Source of the DNA: Yuukianura sp. NJ FZ-2021
Lineage: Eukaryota
DNA length: 64,000 nt
Assembly (NCBI GenBank): GCA_046563655.1
Contig: CM102290.1
Span: 5,952,001 to 6,016,000, forward strand
Direction of reading: 5' to 3'
The notes under the pieces were generated by a model. The model saw only the letters and a list, made by a program, of their open reading frames with translations. It ran no database searches and was not told the DNA's origin. This document shows positions 62,458-64,000 of this stretch, piece by piece. Position numbers and translations under genes: made by a program. Each line of letters begins with the position of its first letter. The first letter of the stretch is position 1.

Positions 62458-63765
62458 ATCATAATCTTAAATTCACTCATGTTTTTCTTAGTTAGGTAAC
62501 CACTGTAGAACGTTAAGTAGCAAAAGTTAAGTACCTTGTTTATCCGCGTATAACTCGCGCGTTATCTATTGTTTTTCGGTCCCGGGATGAAACTGAAAAT
62601 ACTAAAAATTTATTTCTAATCTTGGATTAGGATCTGGAAAACACTTTGTCGTATAGTATGAAAGCGAGAACTGGATCTTTTTATTCACTAATAAACCGGC
62701 TGTAAATCGAAAATAATAATAATACCGTCCAGTCATTTACCAACAAGAAAAATCGGGTCTGACTATTCCCTGACCGTAAACAATTTTTTCCCTCCAATTC
62801 TGTTTACGCCTTCTCCAGTTTTTTGTTTTAGAAAAAAACATTTTGTTTGTTGAACGTTGGGGGTGTGTATTGTGTACAGGTATAGGCTTCCTGCGACGAA
62901 GTCGCGGTGTTATATTCTTTTTAAAGTTGGCAGTACTCATTACGTCCTCTTTTGTAGGGTTTCTCCCATCCTTAGTATTTGGTAAGATTTGCTCACTTCA
63001 GATTATAGTTATGTTTATGACGTTTACTCAACACGCATTTCTGAAAAAATTCTTTCAGAATCGTGTTCAGAATACTCTTAATTAGTCTAGAAACTGATTT
63101 ACGTGCAAACTTCGGGAATTTGTTTCTAAAAGGAAGTTTTTTTTTAAATCGGGCTTTTGATTTTTGGTAATTTTTTGTTAGTTATTCCTTCTGGATGGTC
63201 CATGCGGTAGTGTTTGCGGTGGCAAGGGGTGAATACGTAGCGATATCGTGATTTGAGTGAGTGGGAGCAAATATTACAACTTCTTAATTCATTAAGTTTA
63301 GGACGAGTTAGCGGTTGAATGGAATAGACTCCTCAATGTCCCATCGTGTCGTCGTATCTGTGGAATAGTGCCACTTCATTGTAAGAATCTCAATACCAGC
63401 CATCGGCACTTCTTCTAAAGATCTTTACGCTGCCGATCTTTTCATATAAGGCAACAATTCAATCTTAATCGTTCAATTTACAAAACTCCCAGTACTAACC
63501 GTTAATTACTATACATGACAGAAATATTTACTAAAAACCAGTGGAATATTTATTTAATATTTACATTCAAAATGCCAAAATATTAATGCAAATATTTACG
63601 AAAAAAATGAATATTTAGATAATTATTGCGGGAATCGATGAGAGTTTTGTTTGAAATTGCTGATTCCAATTTCTTGAGTACTTTAGATCCATTTCCATTG
63701 TTGGTGGATATTCACTTTTTTAGCATTTCGTCCAGCATATATCCACTGGATAAATCCGGATGAAA

Positions 63766-63934
63766 TGGTTCCAGGTAATTTGGTCGGAATTGGATTGGTC
63801 GAAAACGCAGAGGTCGGCAACCCTAACCTACCCCTTGCATTAGAAGGATTAACCAAACCTAACCTAAATCCCATATATACCTGCCGACCTCTGCCATTCC
63901 GACCAATTCACTTCCGACCAAATTACCTGCTACG
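63766..63934. mobile_element. Short MITE with AACCT centre (related to ~19670-19837)
   Basis: caggtaatttggtcggaa / ttccgaccaaattacctg inverted ends; shared acgcagaggtcggc motif. Confidence 0.6.
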
Positions 63935-64000
63935 GGATGAAATCCATTTTCCGATGAAAATTGAGTCTTGTCCGGAAGAAATCAAAAAAATCCGGATATA

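Noticed and set aside
62688..62712. HINE-like terminal motif ataaaccggctgtaaatcg
   Set aside because: Isolated degenerate match without subTIR, microsatellite or core.

Overview
Eukaryotic, intron-rich arthropod DNA. TTAGG-type repeats, short introns and a gustatory-receptor-like C-terminus are compatible with a springtail, but this is inference only. The left ~37 kb is dominated by transposons. It holds a PRMT7-like gene with an in-frame TGA, an Ig-domain receptor tyrosine kinase, chemoreceptor fragments, a 5'-truncated CRE-clade (RT plus restriction-like endonuclease) retrotransposon with a 14-bp TSD, and a structured tRNA/5S-headed SINE. It also holds two families of non-autonomous Helentron (HINE/DINE-1-like) elements, one of which forms a 10.7-kb head-to-tail array of 10 non-identical units. 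The right part is a compact gene cluster: multi-Tudor gene, PMPCA, HMGB/DSP1, AMDHD2, RpL31 with an intronic H/ACA snoRNA, and a frameshifted SAP30. It is peppered with cut-and-paste elements whose TIRs and TSDs can be read directly: Transib-like with RSS-like CACAGTG ends, Harbinger (one carrying only the Myb/SANT gene), P/hAT-like and Mutator-like. Most long ORFs in the supplied track at 4.2-6.3, 22.4-33.3 and 53-55.3 kb are artefacts of repeats. No database searches were run; family calls rest on recognised motifs and terminal structures.
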